Of a stretch of DNA of 40,972 nucleotides, positions 11,777 through 23,764 are shown one piece after another. Where the stretch lies: NCBI GenBank assembly GCA_022813965.1, contig JALDZS010000203.1, forward strand, positions 1 through 40,972. Reading direction: 5' to 3'. Numbering within the stretch: the stretch's first letter is position 1; the number at the start of each line of letters is the position of its first letter. A program made the translations under genes and the position numbers. Below the pieces are notes generated by a model. It was not told where the DNA came from. It did not search any database and worked only from the letters and a program-made list of their open reading frames with translations. Source of the DNA: Toensbergia leucococca. Taxonomy: Eukaryota.

Positions 11777-11815
11777 GGGGGGGGGGACGAAAATATATGG
11801 GGGGGGGGGGGGGGG
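11777..11815 (+). repeat. Paired poly-G tracts (G10 and G17)
   Basis: G runs at 11777-11786 and 11799-11815 separated by ACGAAAATATAT. Confidence 0.9.
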
Positions 11816-12201
11816 TGGAGGTTTTACAGCTGTCTTTTGAATTGAAACTTGCTTGCAGAGAAGATAATCGTTTTGCTAAATGTAAAGAGGACAGCCGTAA
11901 AAACAGGAAAGAGTGTGGAGGAGATCTGGAGGAAAAGTGGACTTGAAAAAGGGGGCTGCAATGCAGGTGAAGAACGTTGAGATTTTCGTAGATAATGAAA
12001 GGAATGAATGGTGTCAGTCGGAAGATGATGACTTGCAAGTCCTGATTTGAAAAGATCCCACATCGACGAAGAATCGTCTCGCCACAGAAAAGAAAAAAAC
12101 ATGATTCGTGAATGAAGCTATGATATGAAGTCGGATACTGTAGTCGGTGCACTGGTCAGTCGTCTTCGATACCACTCGGCATCCTTCCCCGAATTCCTGG
12201 T

Positions 12202-13912
12202 TCAGGTTGAAGTATACAAATGCTGGTGAACATTGGCAATAGCCGCCGCTGGATGCATTGAAGGTTTCGTGGCGACGGTGTAATTGCGCGGAAGTCGGTA
12301 TTCAGAGCCCTCTTCGATACCGTCTTTCGACAATATTAGCGGTTGACATTCATGAAATGAAAGCTGTGAGGAACTAACGTCTTACGAGGTGGAAGTATTC
12401 TGCAAGGCAAGGGGTCCAGACGGTAATTGCGACGATCTGGCCAAATGACCATGTAGTTGCGATGTCGGCGTTGGCGAAGAACAGGCTGTAGAGGTAGAAT
12501 TGATACCCGAAGGTCAAGGACCATGTTGTCAGGAAAAGTAAGTAGCAAATTCGGTCGAACATGGGGTTGCTAAGGATGACTTTGGCTTGCAGATATATTT
12601 TGAGTCTGAATGTTCGAGACGAGTAGAATTCGGGAGATTTTGGAGGGCAATTCAATGCCTGCTTGACGACGCAATACAAGCCCCAAAACATGCAATTTAT
12701 CAATGGTGCCAAGTTCCACCAACTTGTAATGAGGCGAACTTTCAACAGCTTGGGGTATGACGGTTTGAATCCGCACCATGATGGGAGGAGTTGTGAAGGG
12801 ACGTAACCGCAGACTTCAGCGATAGAGCTCACGTCTCCGAAAGAGGCCCAGTCAGGAAGGTCCCAGTAATCGAGAAAAAGAAGATACGAGCAGCTAAGGG
12901 TTACGGTGGAGAGCATAAGACAACACATAGATAGCAGGATCAGATACCATGACTGACGGCCGTAACGTGCAATGCAAGTCAGGGTGAAAATGACAGGGAT
13001 ATAGCCGTTCGTGGCTATAGTAAATAGAAGCTCTGCATTCGTAATGTCGAACTTAAACAATGCCTGGATGGCGAAAACAATACAAGCGATTTGAATGGCA
13101 CCGGCGAAGAAGCACTGCGTCTTGTGGAACTCGACTAAGGCGGGGATCAAGGCATTGAGGTTTTTCTCCCGTCTGCTAACTGGATCGCTGGCTTGATTGG
13201 AGTGGCGGGAGAAAGGCATGAATTCGAGCCCGAGCAGTGCAAAAGCTGCCAACATAGCAATACTACTCTGCATGACGAAAGACGTGAAGATCTTGATCGT
13301 TGCTCATTCCATCAGCATCATCCTACTAAATTGACATGCATGAGGACTTACCCCGATACCACCGAGCTCTGGGTTGAGAGAGCCCTTAGGAAAACAAATT
13401 CCGTGCATACAATCGTGTATCCCCGTTTCCTGGCTCTGTGTCCACCTAGCCTCAGCAGTAACATCTCCAAAAATCATGTTTATAGAGCACGTCGAAAGAT
13501 CTAAATCTTGGGAAACGGCTTCGGGAGATCCAGTCAACGAGTACGTTAGAAGAGCCGTTAAGCATTTCCCTACCGTTTCTTGGAAGTCAAGTAACAGCGA
13601 GGGCGCCGCCGGAAATCCAACGTCTTGAAACGATGCTAAGGCCGAGATTACTGATGGGTCGCCAGAGATGTCATCAATGCTATAGCTGATTCTTTCGTAT
13701 AGCGAAGACCACAGTCCGCAGTTCATCAAATTCGGCGCGGAAGCATCAAAGAGCGAAGAGACGGTCCAATTATTGCCTGCGCAGACATCTGTGCAATTGA
13801 CCGTAACACCAGCAATGGAGCAAGGTTGGAGGGGTGGCAATTCATTGGAGAATACTTGATAATCCAGCCATGGTTCTAGAGTTGAATTTGATAATGTGGA
13901 TTGCTTCACCAT
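12202..13912 (-). CDS. Fungal hypothetical multipass membrane protein with Cys-rich N-terminal region (3 exons)
   Basis: ATG 13912; Cys-rich part ending ICFPKGSLNPELGGIG; intron 13351-13292; IFTSFVMQ...LVEFHKTQCFF...ATNGYIPVIFTL...WSFGQIVAITVWTP; intron ~12378-12324; last exon HGIEEGSEYRLPRNY to TGA 12204-12202. About seven hydrophobic segments. Confidence 0.8.
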
Positions 13913-14589
13913 GCTGGCAAATGTAACAGACTCGATACGATTGCTAAAGGACCCACCAGGTTCTGTCTTTCTCTTGAGTGGATTCAAAACTTTTGAACTG
14001 AAGCAATCCGAGAGACTCCCAACCTTATCATGAGCTAAGCTTGTGCTAGGGACAGTCGCGGCAGCTGCATCTCGCCGTTTGATGCATTTAAGAATAGAAG
14101 AGGAAATGGTCGGAAACTCCTGGCAGTAAGGAAATCAGATGAGAGGCTCGAGCAGCAGGGTAAGGAGTAGAAGGCTTTCCGATTGCATGGTCACGACCAC
14201 TAGAAAATATGTCTCCTAATAACAAACGAGAATCGAGTCAAAGACAAATCCAGCAAAGCCTTGGTCTGGGTGGTTTCGGAATCTCCACAGAAGAGGACCA
14301 TTGGCTCGATCCAAAGTAGGACTAGAGGAATGCCACATGTTAAGAGACTCGTAAGAAGGTTTGAAGATAAGCTGGCACAAATGGTGGTAAGTTGATGGTC
14401 AGGAGACATAGAGATAAACATGGGATTCTCCAGAAATCAGCCACTATTGATTGCGGAGGATGCGTCCGTAAATATTCACTGCATGTAATTGGACGATGAG
14501 GAGTCGTTTCGGCGAGACTCGTCACGTTTTGAGGTGGTACTGTCTTCTTCACCGGCTCTTTGCATGTTTCAAATACTTGCCTTGTCGTC

Positions 14590-15322
14590 TTACCAATCAT
14601 GAAGGCCCTTCTCCAGACTATTCTTCTTCTATTTTTATCACTCTTGCATTGCGCAACATCAATCACAATCTGCACCTCGCCTTCCAAACTCCCTATGCCC
14701 CGATAATTATGGAAGTTCGTGCCCCTGAACCCCGGACAAATGGCCCAAACCTTGACACCCTCTCCTCCATCCTCATTTACCTTTCGTGACCGCTTCGCGT
14801 ATGTAAGCATTAAAATGCTCAAGGCCGCCTTACTGCCCTAGTATGCTGGCAACTAAATTTCATAGAAGGTATTTTCTGGGCCAGTGGCCAATGTTTGACT
14901 GCCCAGGGATTGTGATAAACACATCAACCGTGGATCATTCGACTTGCACAGAAGTGGCGACATAGGTTTTGTCACGACAGCGACGCCAATGGTGTTGGTG
15001 TGTCACAGGCCTGCCCTCACAGAGTGAGGCTTCACCCAATGTTATACAACCTTCATTGGCGATATTGGCATTGTTGATGAAACATCGAGACATGGAAAAT
15101 TGCTAGAAATGTTTAGAGACACAGATGTAATATCTTGCTGGATTGCTCCAACGGCTCCAAAAATCTTGAATAGAGAGCATGGGGCATGGCTCCCTTTGGG
15201 GAGATGGCGTGCCCCAATAATTATGTGGTAATTAGTGAAGTAAGAGGCGGAGAGAGGCGTACTATGGTAGTCAATTCTTGATTGGCGCCAGTAACGTGGA
15301 CGACGTTTCTCGAGGAGGCCAC
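14590..15322 (-). pseudogene. Short-chain dehydrogenase/reductase (carbonyl-reductase-like) pseudogene
   Basis: Fragments in canonical order: VVHVTGANQ/(G)IDY (TGxxxGxG), YHIIIGARHLPKG, LDV/INNANI (NNAG), TNTIGVAVVT...SPLLCKSNDPRLMCLSQSLGS, PAY*GSKAAL (YxxxK), VKVWAICPGFRGTNF, terminal HDW*. TAG at 14853-14855 and 14838-14840, several frameshifts, GTG at the expected start. Confidence 0.88.
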
Positions 15323-16159
15323 GATTAGAGCATGCGATTGATGGAAATGGGAATTGCTTTAAGGCAGACAGGAGGTCGCTCCAAGTTCCAAGTGATATCA
15401 TGTCTGAGTAAGAGTCTATATTAGATATACTGACATTCGGCAGGGTAGGCAACTATGGAGCAAGGAGGCACTCGAGGCAAGAGTATGGAGTGAGGTTATT
15501 CGGAGATAAGGTTCGGTTGTGAATGTTTATGTCCGGCATGTCTTCGGAACAATTAACACCCGGTCCGTGGTCAATTCCTCCTCCCATCCTTGAAGATAAA
15601 AAAAACAGTAGCCAATTATCAGTTATATGCTCTGAATGGCCAGTCACATCATTTAGACTCATTGTTCGCAATGCCAGGACCCGCTCTCTGAGTTTCTCGG
15701 CTTCACCTCCTCGTATGCATGCCTAGTAGCTTACTACCTAACAGTCATTGGTCCCACTTTAGCTTTTGTCTTCCAATGACCACCGCAGGCAACCATGCTC
15801 GCGAACATGAACAATCCCACCCAGCGCCGCTCTGTATCCATACTTCATGATACGATCCAAACTTCAACGAGTCAAGCTAGTCATCAAGTAGGCACGTTGA
15901 ACAATGGCTAGCATATCAATGCATTCTGTCGTAGTACAGTGTCGACGAGGACCTTGCTTGCAAACTGCGAGTTTGCCTCAAATATGCCTTGAAACAATGC
16001 AGTATGCAAAGATTACTTTTCAACGGCAAAGCAGCCAGATGTGGGTATATGTGAACAATCCCCACCTTACTCCCAAAGTCACCAGACTTCGCGTGCCTGC
16101 TTATTCCCTTTGTCTAACATTGAGAACGCACTCTCAATCGTGCTTGTTGACTCCCAATA

Positions 16160-19100
16160 ATGTCGAGCCTTGGCAAACTCACAAACTCTTTCTTTTCAGC
16201 AACGAATGAGAATTCCATTAGTTTTGCCAATTTCAATTTCGACATTTCTCTGGTCAAGCTCGAAGCCCCGAAAGAGTTCAATGGCTTAGGTTCTACTCTT
16301 TCGATACAGCGACGAAATAACGCCGAGGATGGCCCATTACATAAGACTTTACGTAAATTGGGTGCTCTATTCGAGCAGGTCGTCCCTTCGACGCCTAGAC
16401 TTATTAAAGCTTACGGCCTGAGGAGTTCGGAGATTATCCAATTACCTGGAATAAGCCCCAAAGGATCAAAATCAGACGGGCCTTTCGAAGCCTTTATTGG
16501 GGCAGATGGTACCTCCATTTGGGCTGCCGCAGCCTCGGGTCCAGCTGCTCTGGGGGTACACCTTTTGGCATGCATGCTCTCCCGACAGTTTGACGATGCT
16601 AAAGTCAGTACTGCAATCTGGGTTGAAATTGTTCATGAAAGACAGCTACAAATCAAAGCAGCAGTTGAAGACAATCTTGTTGTGTCAATCTCTACAGCCA
16701 TGATGGCTCGTCAGGATATATCCAGGGAAGAGCTAGCAGTTCTTGATGCAAGCGTACGGTCGTGGCTCTCCAGTGCTGACGAGGCAAAAATGTCAAGTCA
16801 AAAGAAATTGATGTTAATTCTCCGAAACATCAACATTCCTATCAGTAGTGGCTCATCTACATATGGAAAGGTGATTGAAGCATGGAAGCAAGCAATGTCT
16901 GGATTCGAGGACTTACTGAGCGGTATGCCGCAGCAAGTCTCGAGTGGAGCTATCTTAAGAGCACTTTCTGCTTGGCATCTTTTCCCAAACCTGATAGTCT
17001 TAGTGGGCAACACAGTAAACGTCAGATTTGAAGACCCGCTACTCCCGGAAGAAAGTGTTGTCACCATTGGGTTACAACAAGCTGACGCGAATCATCAGGG
17101 AGGCATTCAGTGGTCCCTAACATTGTCTCATTTACGATATTATGGAGACCCTGTACCCATAGAAAGTCACGAGAATAATTCTCGGGTAACTATGCGTCAA
17201 CTCCATCTGATTGCGTTCGGCTCTCTGCTCAAGGCCTGGAAGGTCCTGTCTAAAGATACTACGACTACCGCATTATGGTTTCAAGAACTGTGGCACCAAC
17301 TAGAAGATGTACAGTCCAACAGCGTCAATCCTTTGCCTAGAAGGCTCTGTTGGCTTACTACACTTGTGACTGCAGCCAAGATATTTCTGGACTCTCAAAT
17401 CGATGACGCGGAGACGTCTCACCTCCTTGTTAATTATGGCCGTCGCCGAGGCAGGAGCTTTCTTTGTGAGCTGCTCGGCGATTATCCCAGACCTTTCTTT
17501 GGACTTGGTAATCTCTGCATCTCCACCGCGATGACAGCCAAAGACCACGTGGGTTGCGGCATACAGTACTTGCGTGAAGTTGCCAAATCTATTGAGCTCG
17601 TTCAAAATGATGCCTTGATCGCATACACCTTTCTATCTGGAAAAACCCGATATCTCGAATTTGCTACTGCCTTGAAACATTCAATACCATCTCCAGAAAC
17701 GATCGCAAAATGGACATATCAAATATGAACATCTACATGCAAGGTGGATTTACGCAGAACTCTCATTTCCAAATGAATTGCACCCGCCCTGTAGCTGCCC
17801 AGATTTTTGCTTTTATGGCTGTGAATGCAGGAACGCTAGGGTTTTCTGCAGCGAATCTTGTCACCAAAGTATTGACCAGGGTTGTCAAGCTCAGCAAATC
17901 AAGACTCGCATGACAGAGCTTTCTGATTAGGGCGAGGCAGTTCATCTATTCAATGATTTTCCAGTCTATGATGACTACAGTTCACTAAATCAGGGATATA
18001 AATTGTCCTGGAACCATGCACCATCATTATACTATCGTCAATCAGCTCCTGAGGGTTCTCTCGATTATTGTGCAACGTGGACATCTATAGATGGCTGTCA
18101 ATGCTTTGAAACTAGTAATTACGGCTCGGTTCAGTTCAAACGGGTAATAGGTCAATCCATCGGTTTCGCTCTGTATGTCAGAGACCATGTTTACGATCAG
18201 AGACTTGAATCAATGCCGTCCAAAATCTCTATTACTTGGGCATCTCAACAAGACCCAGCAGTGATGCTAGAATGCTTATCGGCCCGCGCCATGAACAAAG
18301 CGAATCTTATCAACTTGCTAGATCCTGAGGGAGAGGAGAATGAAGGTAAGACTGCTATAATTAATCTACAGAGTTCGCGAGATTCTACCAATCCACAAGC
18401 CTATTTACGCAAATCTGACAACCATTTATGGCAATTATTTTCGATATTTGGACAAAGCCGTATTCCAATACGGTTTCTCCGATCTTTACGTGCTCTATCT
18501 TTTGGGCATCGAGTATACATTCAGATGCCAGCAGCTTCAATATCTTTGAGAATAGTGGAACAGCCTTTGGATCTATACACCTGGATTCCTGAAGAAATTG
18601 AGAATTCAGAAAGCGGTGGGCCTTTCTCTATGGCCCCTTCGCGATCACAAGCTTTCGCATGCATTGCAACGTTTTAGTCTGGCGGCCTTGCAATAGACCA
18701 CAAGGAAATGGCCTCTGTCATGGCGATTTCATCCGGGAATTCAATCTATATCGCCAGTGTTTTGCTATCCGATCCAGCTGAGAAGACCAGCAACATTGAC
18801 ATCAAGCGCGTGATCGGTAATGTGGGTCAGCCAGGTATTGTGTTGATGGTATCGCCTCAAAATTTACGTATTAAGCCTCCTAATCGAGATTTTCGAGCCG
18901 TCACGCACGCCGAGTACGACTTCTCACGGCGGAACAGTTTCTCGGGAACTTCGCTTCACCTATCCTTCACCAAGTGGAAATTGCCATAGTGCGGTAGAGA
19001 TTACGGGCTCATTGACCAAGACATCTTCATTGTCGAATCCTTGATATCAGTAAGGGATGCAGGTCGATGGGTTGCTGATATTGATGTGCTTGCTGCACAG

Positions 19101-19451
19101 CCAGATATTTATACCCTCGATGACGAATGCCATTGCCAGTCTGCAAGTCGCCTCGCAGGCATCTACACTTCCATTGATACATAGGAGGAACTACTAGGTC
19201 CTCCTCTCACAGTCGGTATTGTCCGAGCACATGGAAATTGGGCTGCGCGCTTAGCTGCGATTTGCGTCTTGAACCAGAAAGATAGGATGAACTGGACTGG
19301 AGTAGTTAATCCCTACGTTTCTTGTTTAGCTTGCGTGACATCTACATATAATTCAAGAGACTACCGCGGAGCGTTTTTCATTGACTGGAGGTTCCTAAAG
19401 AGAGTCCTCATTACTCCATTAACTCCGCGTTCCGAGAATTCGAGACTTTAA
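16160..19451 (+). pseudogene. Disrupted member of a large (~1100 aa) fungal hypothetical protein family, with an internal Cys-rich segment
   Basis: Intact first ~510 codons (ANFNFDISLVKLEAPKEF, RKLGALFEQ, GADGTSIWAAA, ALSAWHLFP, WSLTLSHLRYYGDPV); frameshift near 17693 into HLHARWI...CSCPDFCFYGCEC; then a single frame to 19451 broken by TAG at 17928, 18675, 18987, 19182 (AFACIATF*SG, GRWVADIDVL, SIDT*EELL, VRAHGNWAARLAA). Confidence 0.85.
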
Positions 19452-20824
19452 CCTCACGGTGGTGTAGCACGGAGTCTCAAGGGAAAGTTCCAACAGCACA
19501 AAATCTATCAAATACAGACCTAGTAGCTACACATTTCAACACAGTACATAGGATGTCCAAAGCCTGGGACAGCATTCCTTAGCTCTCACTCTTGTTTCCT
19601 TTCACAATGTCAATCAATTTCTCCACCCAACGTTTCGTTCATATTAAGCTAACCTCAATTTCGCTATAATGAAATGTCTAAATCCCTGATGAGAAACATA
19701 TACATTTTGTCTTGAGGTTCTATACTACTTAGGAATCAAATAGTAGCAATTTGACTCATCTATCACAGCGAGCTCTTCATACTTCACCTGCTCCTCTGAG
19801 TATTTGAACAAGACAATCACTCAGCTTACTAATTCTCAACTCACTCTCAATCACCATGATACAGCGCAGAACCCTTTTTCAATAAAATAATATCAATTAT
19901 TCACTATCACTCTAAACCTCAGCTTTATAGTTATATCTCTTCACCATTCAAAATATCAAAGCAAGCACCTATCTCATTTCTCACAGAACTGAGCCACAAA
20001 ATAGGAATAAGACATTGAGGTGTCAGCAGAACGGGAGCCAAGAACTGATGACATGAACAATCAAAGCCTGCATAATCCATACGAGGATGACGCGCCCACC
20101 ATGCTTTAGGAACCGGTAGCCTTCATCTTGCGTTCCCGGGTTCCACCGATTTTACGATGCTGCACCTTCCTTGTCACAGACCGATACGAGACAAATGCCT
20201 ACCAGCCCTTACTCTACCCAGCAAGGGAAAAAACAGGGCTAGAACAGCACGCACTAGTAAAAACTTTGCATGGAAGAGAGATCCTCGGATGTAGTCATCT
20301 TCGTAAATGCAATGCCCTCGTGCGTTCTTACCTTGCTAGCTTGTGCCTGGTCTTTTTTAGCTTCGTATTCCTTAGCTGCATTCGGAGAATAACCTCACCG
20401 AGTCATTTCAGCCAGCCCAGCCAAGCAGCCCGCATGAACAAATCCCATCCCAGCCTTGGGTAGGTAAAACTAACGTAAGTGACAAACACAGCTGACAAAC
20501 AAAAAAAAAACGCCCAAAAAGGCCGCCTAACGGAACAGGCTCCGAGAAACATTCCAGATCGCACGATTCGCAATCATCGCTCAGCCGTAGCGCGCCCTCT
20601 CCCCCCCCGCCAAAAAAAGGAAAAAAAAAGGGATTTTCAAACAGAGTCTGTTTGTTTGCCCTGCATGAAAAAAAAGCGTACTTAGGGGTCGGGTAGGTTC
20701 GAACCCAAAAAACATCCTCACCAATGACCATCGACCACAACACACCAAATCCAACCAATGCCCTTCCCGTGCGTCGTCGTCTCGATCTTTGCGGCAATAG
20801 TTCCCGGAATTTTGCGATTCGGGG

Positions 20825-20848
20825 CTAGTCTAGTCTAGTCTAGTCTAG
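20825..20848. repeat. (CTAGT)n pentanucleotide microsatellite, ~5 copies
   Basis: ctagtctagtctagtctagtctag read directly. Confidence 0.9.
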
Positions 20849-21239
20849 CCAGGTTTTTGCCAACCAGGCGAAAAAAAAAAAAAAAGCGGAACAGGATATT
20901 TTGTTTTGCGCATGTTTCTACCCGCTCGGGCAGAGGAGTGGAGCCAGCACAGCACAGCACATTACGTCCGAAAAAGATTTGAGAAGAAATCAAAGTGGGT
21001 ATGTGTGGTGGTGAGATGGCAGAGGCTAGAGGCTAGGTGGTAGAAGATCGAGACAGGCAACTAGGAAGGGGGGAAAGGAGGCAGTGGTTTGAGGGCTGCC
21101 TTGTTTCCTCTACTCTAGAATACCTGGGCACCAAATTCCACTCTTTGATGTATTCGCTCTGGTGCGCTCGCTACCTAGGTGTAGAAGCGCCCAGGCAACA
21201 CTGCAGTAGGTACCTAGAGGAAGGCATTAGTAGGTAGCA

Positions 21240-22060
21240 GTGGCATATTCCACCCCATCATAACGAAACACACACCCCAACCAAAAAGTACCTATGTACC
21301 TAGGTACCTTGGACAAAGTAATCCAAAAAAAAAAACACACCATAAGTCAACCAACCCAACCACAACGCCCTCACTCTCCAACCCCCTCATTCATCATCCT
21401 CAAAGCGCCCCCCCCAAATCCAGAACCCAAAAGTAAAGCTTCAAATGATGCAAAAAAAAACCCCCCCAAACTCCAACTCATCCAAAACAAAACCCCCAAA
21501 CAACGAAAATTACAATATCCACAACAATCCACATAACCCACAAAGCCCCCTCCCTCGCAAAAACACGGGAAGATCCGCACCCCCTATTCTAGCGGCCCAC
21601 CCTCCCCGCATCTCAGAAAGAAACCCCGGAACAAAAAAAAACCACACAGCTCTTCCCTCCCTCCCTACCAATCCTACCAATCCATCAATCCATCAAACCA
21701 ACAGCCAAAAAAAAAAACAAAAACATCCCATCGCCTCCACGGCCAGTATTCTAGTGAAGCTAAACCCACCAAAACAAAACCCCAACCCAATAACCAAACC
21801 ACCAAACCCCCTCGTGCAAAAAAAGAAAAAAATCCCACACTTCCCGTTCCAACGCACCCCAAGAAAAAACGAGCCGTCCCGGCCCACGCCCACCCGCGCC
21901 CACAAAAAGCATGGCAAAAAGTCCCCCAAAATCCCCCTAAAGAAGAATAAATCCCATAAGAATCCTTCCCATGCTCATATTCTCAATCCTAATTCCGCCG
22001 CCCGTCCCGGCCCACTCAAGCCCAAGCCATCCAAAGTCATCCAAAGCCAGGCCAGGTCAG
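21240..22060. repeat. A/C-rich low-complexity tract with many homopolymer runs
   Basis: Strong G depletion on the + strand with A and C runs; overlapping ORFs are K/P/N/Q-biased by-products. Confidence 0.75.
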
Positions 22061-23257
22061 GGATGTTTTTGGTGTCTGTTTCTAAATAGGGTAGGTAGAA
22101 TAGGTAGAATAGGGTAGGAAGGGGAGGGGAGATTAAAAGTCCCCACCATCATCACATTTCAACTAGATCATGTGGGAGTCATTATGAAATCATCATCAGA
22201 ACAGGCGCCCAGATTGAGTTTTTCTTTTCTGGCTGGGGGGGGCGGCGGGGAAAGGCCCCTTCAGACTAGGTCGGTACCTACGCAATTTCACCCCAAAAAA
22301 AAAAAAAAAAAAAGTCTCCGGTCCCACATCATCCCATCCTTGGGTAGGGAAAGGTAGAGACCGACCTTTGCGTTGGGTGTGGTGAAGAAAGATCTTTCTC
22401 TGTACCAGCGCTACTCAGAATCCGAAGCTCAAATGAATGAGAAAATGCATTTCTGGCCTACGTGTGTGTCGGTGTGTATGTGTGCAATCATATACGTAAC
22501 TTTTGCCAAAATGCAAATAGCAATGGAATAGAGTTTTACGGGGGGTTGAGGAGAAGGTTATGCTCGGTCGCAAATGAGTCAATCGACGGGCAAAGGGTAA
22601 AAGGTACCTGGTAAAAATATTGAGCAAGGCTTGATGCTTGCATTCTTTGCCGAGGACGGACCCGCTGGTCTCGATTTCTCGACCACGGTTTTGCCGTGCT
22701 AAAAAAATTGTATATACAGTAACAAGATCCAAGATCTGTAGCGCCCCTACCCTTTCCCGTCCAGATCGATGTCGATGGCCGACAGATAGCCTTTGCTTGG
22801 TGCCATCTGAATCCCGCCAATGTTTTGCTCAATCCCTACCATGAACGCTTGCCTAGCCGCCCGCAAATATGCTGTAGAGTGGTATTTTTGCAATCCATTG
22901 CAAACCCCCCAGATTCTCCCCTCATGGTGCTCGAATGAACCTTGAGCAATAATGTTGCATATTCCGCCCACAATAACTTCCGCACCAATGAAATCTATTC
23001 AACTGTGGCAGAATCCCAACGTGCTTTTGGTGTTACAGACAAGGAAATAATTCGGCGATAATATTCCGGCGATGGTGAAGAACGGTCCTTTGTGATCCGT
23101 GAGACTAACAATCGTAATGTATAATGGTTTAGTATTTGTAAATAGAAGGGTGTTGTGACGAAGGCCAAGGGGTCGAAAGAAGTAGAATAGAATGCCGACT
23201 TTGTGAGAATGCGTCGATTGTGAAAGCGTAGAAGTGGAAATTTCGAAAGATGTTGCG

Positions 23258-23764
23258 CTAGGTTGTAGTCACTCGTCTTTTCCAGTCCCGGACCTGATCG
23301 AAGAAACCCGTGTACCCACGAAGCTCTTTGCGAGCCTGGTCTGATAGGCAACTGCCTGTCGTGGAGCTACTTTGTAATGAGCTGAGAGAAGATTGAGACG
23401 ATGAAGTTGTGAGGGTTGACTTGGAAGGCGTGTCGGATGTCGATGTGGGCTTGCTTTGGAATGGATTCACAAAGTACGAAGCTTGATTGGATTGTTGTCC
23501 CCGAATGGCAGCTGTCGAGGGAGGAATACTCGACGATCGATAGACAGAAAAGTCAAAGGCTGGCTGAAGGTAGAAGCCAGAGGTCCGGCTTGGACTTGGA
23601 GGTGTCCAGGGAGCTGTGGCCGAAGTATCGCTGGGTGACATGGGCTCCGACCCACAAGAAGATGTCTCCAAATCTGCTAGGCGGCATGCTTGAGAGCAGT
23701 ATGCGTCGCCAGAAGTCTGATGATCACAGGCAAGGCAGTAATCCAAGGACCAGCCTGATTCCAT
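23258..23764 (-). CDS. ecl1: Ecl1/2/3-family (extender of chronological lifespan) zinc-binding protein
   Basis: MESGWSLDYCLACDHQTSGDAYCSQACRLAD matches the CxxCD...YCSxxCRxxD signature; Ser-rich middle; C-terminal LSDQARKELRGY...FDQVRDWKRR. First ATG is 23764. Confidence 0.88.
   Translation of the reverse strand: MESGWSLDYCLACDHQTSGDAYCSQACRLADLETSSCGSEPMSPSDTSATAPWTPPSPSRTSGFYLQPAFDFSVYRSSSIPPSTAAIRGQQSNQASYFVNPFQSKPTSTSDTPSKSTLTTSSSQSSLSSLQSSSTTGSCLSDQARKELRGYTGFFDQVRDWKRRVTTT

Noticed and set aside
15580..15705. TPR-like fragment EAEKLRERVLALR on the minus strand
   Set aside because: Only one partial repeat; too short to separate from chance.
16160..19451. TAG reassignment (alternative genetic code)
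   Set aside because: ecl1 ends in TAG at a sensible position, and the disrupted genes also carry frameshifts.
20685..20710. tRNA gene around GGTTCGAACC
   Set aside because: No T-stem pairing, A-box or cloverleaf on either strand.
21294..22089. ORFs of 62-214 aa on both strands
   Set aside because: Compositional artefacts of an A/C-rich tract; no motifs.
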